DNA of 63,942 nt, filler included, from Hyphochytrium catenoides (Eukaryota > Protista > Hyphochytriomycota): the NCBI GenBank assembly GCA_900088475.1. It is 10 parts of 10 records of this genome, joined end to end, with 100 filler letters (N's around TTAATTAATTAA, not from the genome) between each part and the next. Parts side by side here need not be neighbours in the genome. Positions count along the whole stretch, not along the records: positions 62,512 to 63,942 come from FLMG01004395.1; 9 more parts are not named here. One strand, written 5' to 3'. The notes below the pieces were generated by a model. It saw only the letters and a program-made list of their open reading frames with translations, had not been told where the DNA came from and searched no databases. A program made the position numbers and the translations under genes. Of the stretch, positions 62,512 to 63,942 are shown piece after piece (position 1 is the first letter of the stretch; every line of letters starts with the position of its first letter).

Positions 62512-63942
62512 CCGCTTGAGCACACCTGTTCCATAGGTCCGTGAATAAGTAGATCACGTCATCTGGGCCTTGGGTTATATTTATGTAAGAACCCGGGCGG
62601 TAAAAATGAGCTCTTGCGATGTGATCTGTTAGTAGCGTCCCCTCTCTACAAACGAACGCGAAGCCCGGGGGGCAGAGTCTGCAAGCAAAGCCAGGATGGA
62701 TGGGAAGGCCTGGGATGCAGCGATGAAGAGGTGCGATAGACGACAGAGCCTCGGTGCCCAAAGCGATGCTCCTCTGGGCAACCGCTGTGGCTTGAATCAC
62801 TAACGTGGACTCTGGCAGGAGTTCGTTCACTCGAGACCAGCTTCTGTCACTTCTCTTGCAACCAGCATGATCTGAGCTGCGCTTATGTCGTTCGAAAAGG
62901 TGTTTATGGACAGAAGAGACATCGAAGCACAGCCTAGCACAAGGCAGACAGCAAAGAGCCCTAAGCCGAGGGTCCCACGAAAAGAGAACCTCTCCTAGAT
63001 TGATATCGAAGGGCGTGTCATTTGGGTTAAGCCTCTTCTCGCTAGACCCCGCGCAGCAATTGATCATAGCTTCCTCCCCCACAGGCTTTTGTGTATGAAG
63101 AGAAGTTTGCTGAACTGCCAAGGACTTCTGCAAGTTACTTTCGTTCGTAACTCCAAAGTACTTTACTCTTGGGCCCTTCCTGATCGTCTGCACCTGGCAC
63201 TTCTGCGGCCGTACCTGCTCCAAGAAGCCGCTGTTGGAGTGCGTGATCCGGATATGATTGAGTGTCGCTCCTTTCGTGACCGAGTAATAGGCGACTCCCA
63301 AGGTTTCGCAGCCCGTACAACGCCAGCCTGCATATACTGGTAGCCCCAAAACCCGCTGAACAAGGTGAGAGGTCGGTGGGGCCTCGAAATTGTATTCGTT
63401 GGGACATTCTCTGCGAATTTCATCCATTCGGCTGGGCGGTAGCAGAATCTGCTGCGCGCAGCCGCGAACATGTCGCTTGAGCACGCGTAGAGGAACTCCG
63501 CTGTCGCAAGCGGTGCATATAACTAACCCCAATGCCCGATTAATCTTCAGGCGTTCTTGGGGGAACTCTACAAACACCTCGTTCTCTATCCTGTGAGCTA
63601 GAGAAGATATCTCCGGAGGAGAGATAGAAGACGGCTCCTCCTGTGCTTGTACTGAGGCGCTTTGTCCGGCATTGTCTTCTTCTGGTTGAAGTTCTGCATC
63701 ATCATCATCCTGTCGGTTCTCGCCTCCATCAGATAGAAGACCTTCTTCTTCTTCTTCTTCTTCTTCTTCTTCAGCCTCTGCCTCTAAAAATGCCAACGCC
63801 TGAACTGCGTTGCATACGCGGCTATGAGCTTGTAGGTTATCAGGTCTGGTATAGGACGAAATCTTGCATCCGGGGCATGAGAAGTTGCCGTCGTACCCCC
63901 TTTCGACAGTCAGCGTCAAGGAAGGAGGAGGAAACTTGAGTA
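62512..63942 (-). CDS. DUF3505/OrsD-like multi-zinc-finger ORF (two tandem domains), truncated at both ends; probably part of a mobile element
   Basis: Intronless, more than 470 codons: C2HC finger (CPGC...HSRVC), acidic tract, then LVICTAC...LKRH...VLGLPVYAGWRCTGC...NHIRITH...QVQTI...YFGV and a second copy LCCLPC...HKHLFERH...IPGLPIHPGFACRLC...DHIARAH. Confidence 0.7.

Overview
Eukaryotic DNA. The window is a pseudo-scaffold of 10 unrelated contigs joined by artificial 100-bp spacers (44 N + TTAATTAATTAA + 44 N), so gene neighbourhoods only mean something within a contig. The U1-C and HSF sequences look stramenopile-like (inference). Recognisable genes: a heat-shock factor, U1 snRNP C, TMEM115, a bacterial-like sirtuin tail-to-tail with malonyl-CoA decarboxylase, a cAMP-receptor-like GPCR, a PhoD phosphatase with a C-terminal anchor, and a PPR protein. 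Less certain calls: a probable APC permease 3' end, a DUF3505/OrsD-type zinc-finger ORF and several orphan membrane or secreted proteins. Most short ORFs in the track are (GA)n/(CT)n microsatellite artefacts. The most striking item is the intronless PPR gene. It is built from near-identical 216-bp (2 x 36 aa) units, and much of the variation lies at or beside the PPR RNA-recognition positions. Also notable: a tandem-duplicated 6-TM orphan, two recurrent promoter-like motifs, strand-polarised CT-rich introns and a pseudoknot-capable element. All exon models were read by eye and their coordinates are approximate.
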